Source: Emiliania huxleyi CCMP1516
Taxonomy: Eukaryota
Direction: 5' to 3'
Assembly: GCF_000372725.1 (NCBI RefSeq)
Contig: NW_005201287.1
Location: 527,081-591,080, forward strand
DNA length: 64,000 nt
Shown: one piece after another, positions 46,148 through 57,619 of the stretch
How positions within the stretch are numbered: position 1 is the first letter of the stretch
How the letters are laid out: each line of letters starts with the position of its first letter
Program-made: the position numbers and the translations under genes
The notes under the pieces: generated by a model
Told to the model about the DNA's origin: nothing
Databases searched by the model: none
What the model saw: the letters and a program-made list of their open reading frames with translations, nothing else

Positions 46148-47175
46148 CCGTCTCGTCGGCGGCGTGGCGGGCGGGCGGCTGGATCTGCTGTCGCCTCGCC
46201 AGAGCATATCTCGACTAGCTCTCCATCGAGAAGAGCGTCGTCTCGTGCGCCGCCTCGTCGGCGGCGTGGCGGGCGGGCGGCTAGATCTGCCGTCGCCTCG
46301 CCAGAGCATATCTCGACTCGCTCTACATCGGCTAGAGCGTCGTCTCGGGCGCCGTCTGGTCGGCGGCGTTGCGGGCGGGCGGCTGGATGCGCCGTCGCCT
46401 CGCCAGAGTATATCTCGACTAGCTCTCCATCGAGAAGAGCGTCGTCTCGTGCGCCGTCTCGTCGGCGGCGTGGCGGGCGAGCAGCTGGATCTGCTATCGC
46501 CTCGCCAGAGCATATCTCGACTCGCTCTACATCGGCTAGAGCGTCGTCTCGTGCGCCGCCTCGTCGGCGGCGTGGCGGGCGGGCAGCTGGATGTGCTGTC
46601 GCCTCGCCGGAGTGTATCTCGACTAGCTCTTCATCGGCTAGAGCGTCGTCTCGGGCGCCGCCTCGTCGGCGGCGTGGCGGGCGGGCGGCTGGATCCGCTG
46701 TCGCCTCGCCGGAGTATATCTCGACTAGCTCTACATCGGCTAGAGCGTCGTCTCGTGCGCCGCCTCGTCGGCGGCGTGGCTGGCGAGCAGCTGGATCTGC
46801 TGTCGCCTCGCCGGAGTGTATCTCGACTAGCTCTTCATCGAGAAGAGCGTCGTCTCGGGCGCCGTCTCGTCGGCGGCGTGGCGGGCGGGCGGCTGGATGT
46901 GCTGTCGCCTCGCCAGAGTATATCTCGACTAGCTCTACATCGAGAAGAGCGTCGTCTTGTGCGCCGTCTCGTCGGCGGCGTGGCGGGCGGGCGGCTGGAT
47001 CTGCTGTCGCCTCGCCAGAGTATATCTCGACTAGCTCTTCATCGAGAAGAGCGTCGTCTCGGGCGCCGTCTCGTCGGCGGCGTGGCGGGCGGGCAGCTGG
47101 ATCTGCTGTCGCCTCGCCAGAGTATATCTCGACTAGCTCTCCATCGAGAAGAGCGTCGACTCGTCCGCCGTCTCG
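46148..47175. repeat. 102-bp minisatellite, right array (about 10 units)
   Basis: Same unit as 44135-45240. Confidence 0.9.
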
Positions 47176-47622
47176 ACGGACGGAACTCGGAGGGCGTTGT
47201 CCACCCTAAGATGGACGGAACTCGGAGGGCGTTGTCCACCCTAAGATGGACGGAACTCGGATGCGTTGCCTCGCGACTGAGTCGGCGCGCGTCGTATTCC
47301 AGCCAGAAGGGTGCTGTCGCTCCGGGTCGGGCGGCACTGCTCGCCGCGTCCGGGTGCTGCGCGCCTGCGCCTCCCGATGAGGTCGGACGGCGTGGTATTA
47401 TGGCCGCCGCGCCTTGGTTGCACCGGAGCACTCATGTGCACAAGCCTCGCGAGAGCGGCTCGCGCAGGCGCAGCGACGGCCGGGGAGGCCTCGCACCAGA
47501 TGCACTGTCGGCGTCGTTCTACGCGGGCCGCTCGTGGACTGATTGACTACGGTTCTCGCGTGGGGGCGCTGTGCTGTGCCGTACCGGGCTCGACCACGTC
47601 GTCAAGCCGTCGAAGTCCGAGA

Positions 47623-48570
47623 CGTGGGGAGGCACAACGCCCAACCACGCCAGGGCCCCGTCGAGATCGTCGTCGCCGCGACATCGAGACCTCCGGTGAT
47701 CTCGGGTGATCTCGGGTGATCTCCGGTGATCTTCGGCGGTCGGGCGGCGTCGATCTCCGAGAGGGAGTCGAGTCTAGCGTTCCTCAAGATGACGCACTAC
47801 TCAACTCAACCCTACGCCCGCATCGATGTGGGAGGCAAGGCCACCCGTCGATGCGACCTGCTACCAAGCGGTGGGGCAGGAGATTGGAGGGGCCCCTTGC
47901 AGAGGTGGCGCGAACAGCTTCAGCTTTTCTCGCCCGCTCTGCTGAGGGCGAGGCGCCGAGCTTCGGTTCCAACGCTGCAGCACTCTCCCTCTATTCACAG
48001 CAGAGAGGCGACGCGTCCTCACGCGCGTCCTCGTCCCCACCTGCTCTGCTTCAACGTGCTGCCATGGAGCCAGCGCGCCTCGCGCCATGATTCAATCGCC
48101 CCCACCCGCCCTCTTCCTGGCGATATTCATGGCTCAGAGCTGATTGAGCTCTCTTTATTCATGGGTCTCAGTGGAGAGACGACTTGAGGAGACGACTAGT
48201 CTCACTCCCCCGCTTTCGTCACGCAGCGTGTTCTGTTCATGTGTGTCGTGATGTGTCTGTCGGCCCTGGCATGTTGTCTGTCCCAGGGCGTGGGGAGGCA
48301 CAACGCCCAACCACGCCAGGGCCCCGTCGAGATCGTCGTCGCCGCGACATCGAGACCTCCGGTGATCTCGGGTGATCTCGGGTGATCTCCGGTGATCTCC
48401 GGCGGTCGGGCGGCGTCGATCTCCGAGAGGGAGTCGAGTCTAGCGTTCCTCAAGATGACGCACTACTCAACTCAACCCTACGCCCGCATCGATGTGGGAG
48501 GCAAGGCCACCCGTCGATGCGACCTGCTACCAAGCGGTGGGGCAGGAGATTGGAGGGGCCCCTTGCAGAG
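47623..48570. repeat. Pair of about 280-bp direct repeats (47623-47903, 48289-48570)
   Basis: Near-identical CGTGGGGAGGCACAACG...GGCCCCTTGCAGAG. The intervening 47904-48098 is itself a copy of about 43310-43505. Confidence 0.85.
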
Positions 48571-48727
48571 CAGGGCAGGGCCCTGGCTAGTGCCATTTCA
48601 CTGTGGCACAGCTCGCGTTACAAAACCTTGATTTGACCATTTGCGCCATTTTGTCCCTCTCGGTGCCTTCCAGAGGCAGCTGCGACCCCGCCAAGTGGAC
48701 GGGGGCACTCGGCAGGTGGCGCGGAGT

Positions 48728-48827
48728 NNNNNNNNNNNNNNNNNNNNNNNNNNNNNNNNNNNNNNNNNNNNNNNNNNNNNNNNNNNNNNNNNNNNNNNNN
48801 NNNNNNNNNNNNNNNNNNNNNNNNNNN
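48728..48827. other. Assembly gap (100 N)
   Basis: Run of N. Confidence 1.
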
Positions 48828-48830
48828 GAG

Positions 48831-49264
48831 CTCGTCGTGGCAACCTGCACACCAGCGCTGGCCGGCGCGATGAGCGTCGTGCCACCTGACCCGACACGGG
48901 TCGCAGGCGTCGTACCGAGCGCGTCGAGACCGTGTCCTGATGTGATCTGCACGGGTGAGTCACGTCGGCGTCAAAGGAGCGACGTGCGACCTGTCAGAGC
49001 TTGATCTCCAATCTCAGCTGCCTCTGTGCGTCCTGGGGAGGGACAAAATTGTCGCCGCCGGAGACGACTCGACGCCGCTGAGATTGGAGATCAAGCTCTG
49101 ACAGGTCGCACGTCGCTCCTTTGACGCCGACGTGACTCACCCGTGCAGATCACATCAGGACACGGTCTCGACGCGCTCGGTACGACGCCTGCGACCCGTC
49201 TCGGGTCAGGTGGCACGACGCTCATCGCGCCTACCAGCGCTGCCGTACAGGTTGCCACGACGAG
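48831..49264. repeat. Long inverted repeat (188-bp arms, 58-bp loop)
   Basis: 48831-49018 is the reverse complement of 49077-49264, with a few mismatches mainly in the loop-distal part. Confidence 0.9.
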
Positions 49265-49927
49265 GTCGAGCACGCTTCTATACGCTCGCCGAGCCTTCCT
49301 TTCCATCCCATTAGGCAGCCTGGGAACGGTGGCGGTCAGAGGCAAAGCCTACGAGGGGTGGTGGAACCACATGTCACGGCTACTGCCGGCTCGACCCCAC
49401 GATAGCCTCCGAAGGCTGACTTTGCGGCACCATCATCGGACGATGTCGACGAGTTGGGTCGCTGTCGCGGTAGCCAGATGACCTCTCTTTCTAGGAGCAT
49501 CGGCCATGGCCGCAGGGAGCGCGGGGGAGGGCGCTGGAAGCAACACGGAGCTCCGTTGGAGACGTTTTCAAGATTAGCGTGTCAGAGCCGTGAAATGGCA
49601 CTAGCCCCTGGGGCTCGCACCTCAACCTCTCACAGACCAGCGCACAGCGCCATAGGACGTTATTTTCTTCTCATAACAAGGCTGTGAACTCACAGGCCTT
49701 CTAGGCACAAGAGGGTGACCTCGCAGACAGACAGTGAGGGTGTGAGAGGCGGACCTAAGGAGCGGGTGTATCATGCGATGATGAGTCGGACACGGACTCG
49801 ATAACGTAGTGTATACGCGTTGTGTTGTGTGGCTCTACTTGTGCAGCACACAGATGTGCGACATGTGCAGAGCTCAGAGGACAAGCTGGCCCCGCTCTCT
49901 CTCTGCCCTCTCTCATCGCATACCGCC

Positions 49928-51553
49928 TCACCTCTCGCCCTTCTCGCGGACACTCGGCCAGGACATCGGGTCGCACCAGCTGCGGCCGGGCAGCATGATG
50001 TGCCAGTAAAACCACGGCAGCGCGTGCCGCTTGAACGCCCACGCGAGCCGGGACGGCGCGGTGTTCTTGATCAGCCAGCCCGGGAAGCTGGGCATCAGCT
50101 GCCCCCCCCACCCAAACTCGGCCAGAACAACCTTGCCCTTCTCGACCGTCAGCGGGCAAGCGCCGTACCCGTCGTAGACCGCCTCTGTCGGCCTGGCCGC
50201 CGCCGGCGCCAGGTCCTGCAGCAAGTTGTGCACGACGACCGGCGCCTGCTTGCGCGCAGCGGCCATGGTTTTGGCGTTCGGCGCGGAGACGCAATCGCCG
50301 GCGGCAAAGACGTTTTCAAAGTCGACGTGGCGCAGCGTGTCGTGCTCGACGGCGACGAACCCCGTGGCGTCGGCCAGCGGCGATTCGCGCACGCACCGCG
50401 GCGCACGCATCGGAGGCACCACGTGCAGCATCTCGAACTCCTATGCCCGACGCTTCATCTGATCACTAACCAGTCCCGAGCCACCGCGCGAAGCGCCTCT
50501 CGAACTCCTTCTCGACGAGCTGGCCGTCGGCGGTCTGGAACTTCGCGCGCCTCGCTTGCCCATCCACCGCCACGAGGGTGTGGCCATAGCACTCGGTGGC
50601 GCCGTACCGGTCCATGTAGCCCTGCAGCGTCGGCACAAACTCCTTGACGCCAAAGAGCGCCGGCCCAGCCGAGCAGAAGGTCAGGTCGACCGCCGCGCCG
50701 GCGCTCTCCCAGGCGTGCGCAGACAGGTAGAGCGCCTTTTGCGGCGCGCCGGCGCACTTGATTGGCATCGGAGGCTGCGTGAAGATCGCGCGCGGCCGTC
50801 GCCCTCCGGCAGTCGCCTGGACGAGGCGCGGCCGAGGTGCGGCCGAGGTGTGGCCGAGGTGCGGCCGAGGCGCGGCCGAGGTGTGGCCGAGGTGCGGCCG
50901 AGGTGCAGCCGAGGTGCAGCCGAGGTGCAGCCGAGGTGCGGTGCGGCCGAGGTGTGGCCGAGGCGCACCGACAGCTGCTCCACCAGCTCCGCCGTGTACT
51001 GACAGGAGCTGAAGTCGTAGTTTGACGTCACGCCATTCCGGCCGAGGGTAGGCTCGAGCCCTTCGATGGCGCCCCAGTCGAGCTCCAGCCCGGGGGCCAC
51101 CACGAGTCGCTTATACCGAAGAGCGCTCGACTTGCCCTCTTCCTCTCGCAGCCGGAGCTCGTTCTTTTCCGGCACAAACTCGAGCGCTTCCTTTTGGATC
51201 CACTCGACCTGCTCGGGAATCAAGCTCGCCATGTCTGCCCGAGTCTGGGCCGCGTCGAAAGCGCGCCCTCCCACCAGCGTCCAAGCCGGCTGGTAGTAGT
51301 GGGTGCCCGAGGGCTCGATTAGCCCAATGCGCAGATCCGGTGCCTTCTTCCGCAGCAAAGCACAGATAGAGAGGCCAGCAGCCCCGCCACCGACGACAGC
51401 GACATCGTAAATTGGCGCAGCCGACGTGCTGACCGACCGCCGCGCCGAGTGACAGGCCAGCGAGGTGAGCGGGCGCCGAGCGGCGCGACAGGCCAGGGAG
51501 TTGAGCGGGCGCCGAGGGGCGCGACAGGCCAGGGAGGCCAGAGCTGCCCCCAT
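49928..51553 (-). CDS. sqr: Sulfide:quinone oxidoreductase (type II), putatively mitochondrial
   Basis: YDVAVVGGGAAG (FAD), HYYQPAWTLVGG, LVVAPGLELDW, LGRNGVTSNY, FTQPPMPIKCAGAPQKALYL (catalytic Cys), MLHVVPPM, NVFAAGDC...PNAKTMAAARKQAPVV, YDGYGACPL (second Cys), LAEF. Introns at about 50816-50965 and 50441-50507; Arg/Ser-rich N-terminal presequence. Confidence 0.92.
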
Positions 51554-52016
51554 AGGGGGGCTTGCCAACAGCAGCCGGCAGTTGGGGAAACCCAGACGGG
51601 CCCCCTCCCCCCCCCCCCCCGAGCAGCGGCGTTTGGAAGAATTTTAAATGCAACTGCTCCAAGTGCAACTCCTGGATGTGTCTGTTTTCTTTCTTTCTTT
51701 TTACTCCTGGATGTGAGGTTAATGACTGCACTCCAAGTGCTCCAAGTGCTCCTTCGCACGACACTGGGCACGGGACTGGCGCGCACTGGCACTAGCACAG
51801 GTACACCACGCTCCACGGGAGCCGTCCTGCGTTTGGGAAGAAAGCGATTAGTCCGCTTGGGATGTGAAACACTCTGTGCCGCCTCCCAAGCCAATAGTGT
51901 CTCAGGGTCTCTGCCTGACACACATTCCTGCATGCACAGTCACAAACGGTGTAGAGGGACTCATGTCGTGCCACAGGGGCCGGATGGGTAGCAATGTTCG
52001 CATCTTCGGACGCATC

Positions 52017-52095
52017 CGAGCGGGCGGTCCCGAGCGGTCCCGCGAGCGGTCCCGAGCGGTCCCGAGCGGTCCCGAGCGGTCCCGAGCGGATCCGA
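52017..52095. repeat. 10-bp tandem repeat (CCCGAGCGGT)
   Basis: About 7 copies directly visible. Confidence 0.85.
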
Positions 52096-52445
52096 GTGGC
52101 CCCAGAGCACCCCAGAGCACCCCAGTGCCCAGAGCCTACCTGAGAGCCCACGACCGTGGCGAGGAGCCTGTTTCTTGTAATGATTAACATCCTTGTTCTT
52201 CACATAAAACTACATACAACAAACGTGCGTGTCCACAACTACACTCCAAGTGCTCCAAGTCCAGTCCGGGGCCCGACTGTTCTTCATTCACCTCATTAAG
52301 TGCAGGCGCAAGAGCTGCAGCCGCAGCATCTCCACTGCGCAGCGCGGGCAGAACGCGCTCGCAGAGCGCGATCGTGATCACCGAAATTCTTTCGCACGTG
52401 TGCACACAAACAAACACAGAGTCGTTTGGTATGGCTAAGATCTCT

Positions 52446-52629
<184 letters not shown>

Positions 52630-53417
52630 ACACAAGAAAAGAAATTTCCCCCGAACCGCGTCGAACCCATCCAGCGGGCTCTCTCGGCTACGTAACACCG
52701 GAAAATAAGTTCCACGGGCTAGGGGGCACAAGCTCGTCAGCTGTCATGATGTACCCGAAGGGAACCCCAGCGCCAACACCGACGTGGAGTACAAGTGCTC
52801 GAAACGAGAGTGGATCTGAGCAACGACATGACTTGGCGGCAAATGATCCGAGTCGGAGTCAGAAGAGTGGTCCTTGCGGGCTTGCGCAAGGCTCGATAAA
52901 CCAAAATACGATGAGGAGAGGGCGGAGATACGCTGAGAGGCGAGAGAAGCCGCGAGAGCAAGGGATCGACAGCGGCGGCGCAAAACGAGGCCGAGGAGAG
53001 CGCGATGAGTCAGAGGCATGGTCAGAGGATGAAACAGCAGGAGAGAGACGACGAGAGTGGGAAGAACGCGAGGTGGCATGAAGGTCGCTGCGAGAATCGG
53101 CGAGGGACTGCAAAAAGAGAGATAGAAAGAGGCAGATGCCCAAGGATGGGCGACGGCTAGCACCACACTCCTCTTAAAATCCCTGTGGGTGGCGGCGTGT
53201 GCCTTCCTCTCATCCCTCCCTTGCGCGGTGCGGTTATTTCTTTCTTTCCCCACCTGCACGAGCAGGATTTTGGAAGGACGATCAGGGGACTGGGTTGGAC
53301 AAATTCTTTTTCCAGAGCGTCTCACCTTGTCAGGACCTCCGTCTACATCGAGCGTCGACCTTTGCCGCCGAAGCCACAAAGCTCAACGGCCGCCCGCCGC
53401 CGCCTCCGCCACACTCG

Positions 53418-55730
53418 ATGACCCTCCGCCGCAGGATGTCCAGAGGCCGCAGCGCAGAACGCCGCATGTCGACTGCCAAGAAGGACGCCGCGCTCACGGT
53501 GCTGACAGTTGCTTGCGGGTACGACGACTCTCTCCGCGCCTGGGTGGCCCAGCGCATTCGCGCGTACGCCGCTCGCCACGACTATACCGCGCAGGTCTTC
53601 CTGCGGGCGTGGGACGAGCGCTGCGACTCCTCCTCCTGGGAGAAGCTCAACCGTACGCGCGCGGCGCTGCGAGGCGGCGCGCCGTACGTGCTGACGGTGG
53701 ACGCGGACGCGGTGATCCTGCCGACCGCGGGCAGCCTGAGAGATCAGTGCGCGGCGCTCGACGCGGCCGGCAAGACGTGGGCCATGTCGGACGACGAGAA
53801 CGGGCCCAACGGCGGCGTGGTGCTGTACAAGAACGACGCGCGCACGCTTGCGATGCTCGACGAGATGGCGGCGCAGGAGCAGGCGCTGCGGTCGGCCTGG
53901 CTGGCGCCCTTCCACTGGGAGCAGCGCGCCTTCATGTACGCCATCGGCTCGTCGCACTGGGCGCTCAAGAACCGGCTGCAAGGATGGCTCTCGCTCCCTT
54001 CCTCGCCAAACAGCGCCGCCTACGCCGCTACAAAGGGCGCGCTCGACCCGCAGTGGAACACGCGGCTCGACGACGCCTCGCCGCGCCGGTCGATCGTCCA
54101 CCTCGCCGGCGGCCCGCGCGCAAAGGCGACCAAGCCGGCGATGATGCGAGCGCTGCTGCGGCTGGGCGCCACCAACGCGGGGGTACCGCGCGCACCGCTC
54201 CCCCCGCCCGGCACTGTCGCGACAGCCTCTGCTTCTGACCCCGCAGCTGCTCTCTTCCAGGTCGTGCACCGCTTCACTCCCGGCACTGTCGCGACCCGCG
54301 GCATCGTGGCGGAGGCGAGGGGCGCGTGGGCGGGGCAGGGCTTCCGGCTGGATGAGGTGAGCGAGATAGAGCCGAGATAGAGCTGAAGATTCGCCGAGGT
54401 GTATAGACGAGAGAGATAGCCGGGGCCGACACCATGGCCTCCGGCGCTCGGTGGGGTGAGAGGTGGCCGCGCTCTCGGTGCGAGGTGTGTCACGTAGTAG
54501 AGCACCGAGAGAAGGTGTGTCACGGAGAAGGTGTGTCACGTAGTAGAGCAGGAGAGGCGACGAGAGAGTAAGGCATCCTCGACGCGCGGCACATAGGTGA
54601 CCGACCGGTCGGTGGCGCTCGGCCAGGTGGGGCGGCTGGCACACGGCGTGTGCGGCCTCCCTCCCCAGGTCGGCCGCCGCTACCTGCGCGCGTACACCCA
54701 CCCGAACACCTCCTTCGTGCAGCGGGCGGACATGTGGCGGTACGCGCGGCTGCTCACGCAGGGGGGGGTGTACGCGGACGGCGACGCGTCGCCGACGCCG
54801 GCCTTCCTCGGCGAGTACGCGCGCCACATCTCCGAGGGAGGCGAGATCTGGACGAGAGAGAGAGCCGTCATAGAGCCGAGAGAGCGCGCGAGAGCCGAGA
54901 TGAGCAGAGAGAGAGCAGAGAGAGTGCACAGATATCTAGCTTCACATCTCGCGAGGGCGGCGGCGAGGGGCTCTGGGACGGTTGCTGTGGGACCGCTGTG
55001 TTCCTAAGAGCCACGCGCCAAGTCTCTCTCCCAACTTGGTCCCTAGGCGAGGGGCTGCTCTTCTGGGAGACGCCGATCTCGGGCGAGTGGCGCTACCCGT
55101 GGGTGAAGATCGGCGCTCTCACCGGCATCTCCCAGTACGCGCGCATCCCGGAGATGGCGCAGTTTGTGATGGCGAGTGGGCGCCCGTGCGCGCCGTGGCT
55201 CAAGGCGCGCTCCTTCGTTTGGACAGTCAACTCAGTCTCCCAGTCGCCCTCACCCCCCGCGCCCTCNNNNNNNNNNNNNNNNNNNNNNNNNNNNNNNNNN
55301 NNNNNNNNNNNNNNNNNNNNNNNNNNNNNNNNNNNNNNNNNNNNNNNNNNNNNNNNNNNNNNNNNNTTTTTTTTTGGGAAAGAAAAATTAATTTCCCCAG
55401 GGGGCCCTTCCCCCCCCCCCCCCCCCCCCCCCCCCGCGCGCCCCTTCCTCTCAAAAGGCGCTCGTGGAGCTCGTGGCCGACCGTGTCTCTCGCTTCCACG
55501 CGACCGGCGGATTCGAGCGCCGCAGTATGCATGGCAGCCAGGACCGTTCCGTCGTCTACCACACCCTCGTCACAACCGGCCCGGGCGCTCTCACCGACGC
55601 GGCGCGCAACCACCCCGCCGCCTTCGCAAATGTGACGCGGCTTCCGCTCTCCGTCCTCTGGCGCACCGTGCGGCACGCTTCGATGCACTCGTGGCGCATG
55701 CTGGCCTCTCGTGCCGCCGCCGGCGCGTGA
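53418..55730 (+). CDS. Two-domain glycosyltransferase: GT34-like followed by GT32-like (Och1/Gly_transf_sug), multi-exon, spans a gap
   Basis: Domain 1: YAARHDY, SWEKL, VLTVDADAVI (DxD), NGGVVLYKN, WEQRAF, IVHLAG. Domain 2: VQRADMWRYARLLTQGGVYADGD (DxxRY..GGxYxDxD), QFVMAS, TTGPGALT. Confidence 0.7.
55267..55366. other. Assembly gap (100 N)
   Basis: Run of N. Confidence 1.
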
Positions 55731-56494
55731 AGCAGCGTCGCTCCACACACGCATGGCTGTGAGTAGGCACCCGGGCCTCTCGTACGCGCCGGGCGCCCCC
55801 GCGCCGACGCCCGCGGCGGAGGGCGAGCCCCCGCGTGCCGCACTGGCACCGACCCGCAAGGACCGTAAGGACCGCAAGGACCGCAAGGACCGCAAGGACC
55901 CCAAGGACCACCCCTCGCACCACCTCCACCCGCACCACTTCGTCGTGGCGAAGGACCACCCCCACCACCACCACAACCGACACTTGCGCGAGAACCACAA
56001 GAACGACCTCCACGCCGAGCGCATGACGCAGCAGTACCCGGACCGGGGGCGGAGGAGCAAGCAGCAAGGCCAAGGGCGGAGGAGCGCCACGCCATTTGTT
56101 GTTTGTTTGAGATTCAGAGAGACAGAGAGATGTTAGCAATACTCACACATCATTTGGCTTTTGGGGCCTGGAGCCCCCGGAGACTGCGCTTTAATATGGT
56201 TCATGGTTGTTTAAAGTACGTTTGGGGGGGGGGGGGGCAGATTTGGGCGGTCGACTTCAATTTTGGGGTCGAGCGCGTCGCGCACACGATAAAACGTGCG
56301 TAAAGGGGAAGGACCCTGAGTTGCACAGGGGTTGTGCCCCCAGGCCCTCCTGCTCGGCTCCAGCGAGTAGACAGAAGTGTTGTCATCAACAGAGTAGAAG
56401 GATCTGACCTCGGGGCCGATGTGACCAAGCGCTGGTAGCGTGGTTTCACCTCACACCCATGGTCTCACAGTGTGCCGGCCCAGTCGCCGAGGCA

Positions 56495-57034
56495 GGAGCA
56501 GGCGCACATCGCTTCCAGGGAGGGGGGCGCGCTTCTCTCCACGCCCCACCCCACCCCTAGCATGTGGTGAAGCCTCTGGGGGGGTCGGGACCCCCCCCCC
56601 TAGCATGTGGTGAAGCCTCTGGGGGGGTCGGACCCCCCCCCCAGGCATGTGGTGGGCACCCCCCAGCAGTTCGTGGGCTAGGAATAGCCGCCAGAGAGCC
56701 GATTTTGCCCCAAAGTTGTGAAATCGTGGCTGAAAGTCCAATATCTTGGAGAATCTGACCAGTCCCAAGGCTCATGTAGCTCCAAAGGATGATCTTCCCC
56801 TCGAAAATGCTGCGAAATGAGGTGTAAAATCAAGGGCCCGGAGGGCCTGACCACGAGTCTCTGGGGGGTCCTCGTCCATGAACCCCCCCCCAGCATGTGG
56901 TGGAGGCGCTGGGGGGGTCGGGACCCCCCCCCTAGCATGTGGTGAAGGTGCTGGGGGGGGGTCGGACCCCCCCCCTAGCATGTGGTGTGGAGAGAAGCGC
57001 GCCCCCCTCCCTGGAAGCGATGTGCGCCTGCTCC
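56495..57034. mobile_element. Putative MITE/foldback element with 48-bp perfect terminal inverted repeats
   Basis: 56495-56542 is the reverse complement of 56987-57034. Internal tandem units of about 43 bp (CCCCCTAGCATGTGGTGAAG..GGGGGGTCGG) lie inside both ends; no clear TSD. Confidence 0.6.
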
Positions 57035-57619
57035 AGCAGTGTCGCTCACACAAGCCGCAGCACAAGTGACTGAGGGCCAGTGAGGGCGAGCCCATCGCTG
57101 TCACAGCTGTGGCAGCTGCACAATGGGCTGTGCCAACTGTGCAGAGCGTGTGAGCAGCAGAGGAGCTGCTCTCCAGGCTTCTGTCGCAAAGAGGTGCATG
57201 CCACCGAGGGCGCTGTCGAGGTTCGCCGGAGCGCGGCGCAGGTTCAGGGAAGCCGCCACCGACCGACGAGCGCGTTGGACTTTTCACTCCGGACAAAAAA
57301 CGCGGCACAGCGGACGGTGCGGGACCGTCTGTGGCGAGGTGGGTCGCGTGCCTGAATAGCTGAATTGAATGACAGCTCGCACGAAGGTGGTGGGCGAAAA
57401 CGGGAGCAGGTACGGCCGCGCGGGGCCACGGCGCGAAAACGGGCGCACGGGTGCCCGGGCGCAAGCGGGCGCGGATTAGGCGCCCGGAGGAGGAGGAGGG
57501 GGGGGGGGGGGTCCCTGTCCCAGGGTCGATCTCGGCTTCTGGCAGCGCGCCGAGCCCAAAGCGTGTGTTTAGGGACGCGAGCCCTCTCTGGCTTGGATTT
57601 AAGCTGTCGAAAGACACGA

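Noticed and set aside
44313..47546. Long ORFs (361, 600, 670 aa) as LRR or other real proteins
   Set aside because: They are products of stop-poor GC-rich tandem repeats, open in several frames, with no LRR consensus.
55745..56136. His/Lys/Asp-rich metal-binding peptide (RKD repeats, poly-His)
   Set aside because: Low-complexity 9-bp repeat; it could be an alternative last exon of the GT gene or UTR, and cannot be supported as a separate gene.
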